From positions 25,918,001 through 25,982,000 of the forward strand of contig CM052816.1 of NCBI GenBank assembly GCA_028534125.1: DNA of 64,000 bases, given 5' to 3'. Below the pieces are notes generated by a model. The model had not been told where the DNA came from. It worked only from the letters and a program-made list of their open reading frames with translations, and ran no database searches. The translations under genes and the position numbers were made by a program. Positions 63,150-64,000 of this stretch are shown piece by piece. The stretch is from Lama glama. Taxonomy: Eukaryota. Every line of letters begins with the position of its first letter. The stretch's first letter is position 1.

Positions 63150-63915
63150 TGGGCACTGTTTTATGCCAGATGCTATACTATGCAGGATGTATCGATGACA
63201 TCATAGTCCCTGTCCTGGAGGGGACCATGAGGTAGTGGGGAGACAGACACACCACTCAAGAATTCAAGTGTGTTGGGTGAAGTGTTCAAAAAAGGTACAT
63301 ACTAGAATGTGAAAGGATTTCTTAGAGGAGGTGACCTTTGGAGTGGATCTTGAAGAGTGCATAAAATTCTGCCAAGTGGACAAAGCAGAGAAAGTCTTTT
63401 CTCCTAAAAGGAAGAGTGAGCGTGCCCATGGGTGTGAGAGGTGAGGTGTAAGCTGAGAGGTGGGCTGGCCATAGGGAACGTACATGGGGCAGGTATGGGA
63501 CAGAAATTAGAAAGGTAGGTGAGGGTCAGACTACTTGGTATGTAGCATGAAGGACTTTGCACTTTATTCTAAAGGCAGTGGGCAGTCAGGTAAAGACAAT
63601 ACGCAGAGGTCTGATCGGAGTTGTGATGTAGAAAGATCATGGAGTGGTAAATGTGGACTGCGAGTTGAGAGGAATGGAGATGAGGACTAGGGAGACTCAC
63701 TAGGAGCTGTCCCAATGGCCTGTTTAATGCATGGCCAAAGCCTCCCTGAGCACAGTGGCTCTGGGGATGAGGCAGAGCAGGGTACAATACCTGGAGAGAC
63801 CCTTGGGCAGGAGACTGGAACAAGACATGGTGATGAACTGGATGGAGGTGGTGAGAGAGCACAGGAGTATAAGGCATGCTGATTTTTGTAGCTTGAGAAA
63901 TTGTTACCTGAAAAC
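63150..63915 (-). mobile_element. L2 LINE fragment
   Basis: 'tagtccctgtcctggagg', 'ttcttagaggaggtgacctttg...atcttgaaga', 'aaggactttgcactttattct'. Confidence 0.7.
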
Positions 63916-63935
63916 TGGATTCACCTCTTGGTGGG

Positions 63936-64000
63936 TGTTGAGCCAAAAGACACAACTAAGCCAAAGATCAGGAGTAGGAAGGATTTATTATTACTTGCAG
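63936..64000 (-). mobile_element. Probable ERV LTR end, truncated by the window edge
   Basis: 'tgttgagccaaaagacacaac...gaaggatttattattacttgcag' has AATAAA on the minus strand and a terminal CA. Confidence 0.45.

Noticed and set aside
1..64000. Remaining 60-128 aa ORFs, and any CRISPR, operon or prokaryotic defence system
   Set aside because: The ORFs are short, mostly use non-ATG starts, often lie in repeats and resemble no protein I know. There is no regular repeat-spacer array, and the sequence is clearly mammalian.

Overview
Eukaryotic (mammalian) non-coding DNA, either intergenic or deep intronic. I found no intact protein-coding gene, genuine RNA gene or CRISPR array. Five copies of a tRNA-Ala(AGC)-derived SINE and young L1 3' ends point to a camelid genome; this is an inference from resemblance to the Vic-1-type SINE. 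The recognisable content is two processed pseudogenes (MRPL9 on +, UBA52 on -), a degraded Tigger/pogo transposase, several L1 pieces with target-site duplications (TSDs), and old eutherian repeats (MIR, L2, MLT1, LTR16, ERV1 LTRs, MER5A, MER58A, MER94). The most notable observations are: (1) an apparently GC-shifted, CpG-rich tract covering the 5' part of the MRPL9 retrocopy and an adjacent MIR, a candidate GC-biased gene conversion footprint; (2) a SINE plus MRPL9 retrocopy composite enclosed by one apparent TSD pair; (3) two candidate L1 3' transductions; (4) a three-layer nested insertion. Repeat family names come from recalled consensus sequences, not a database search, and old-repeat boundaries are approximate. 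The sequence does not support a claim of a new multi-gene system.
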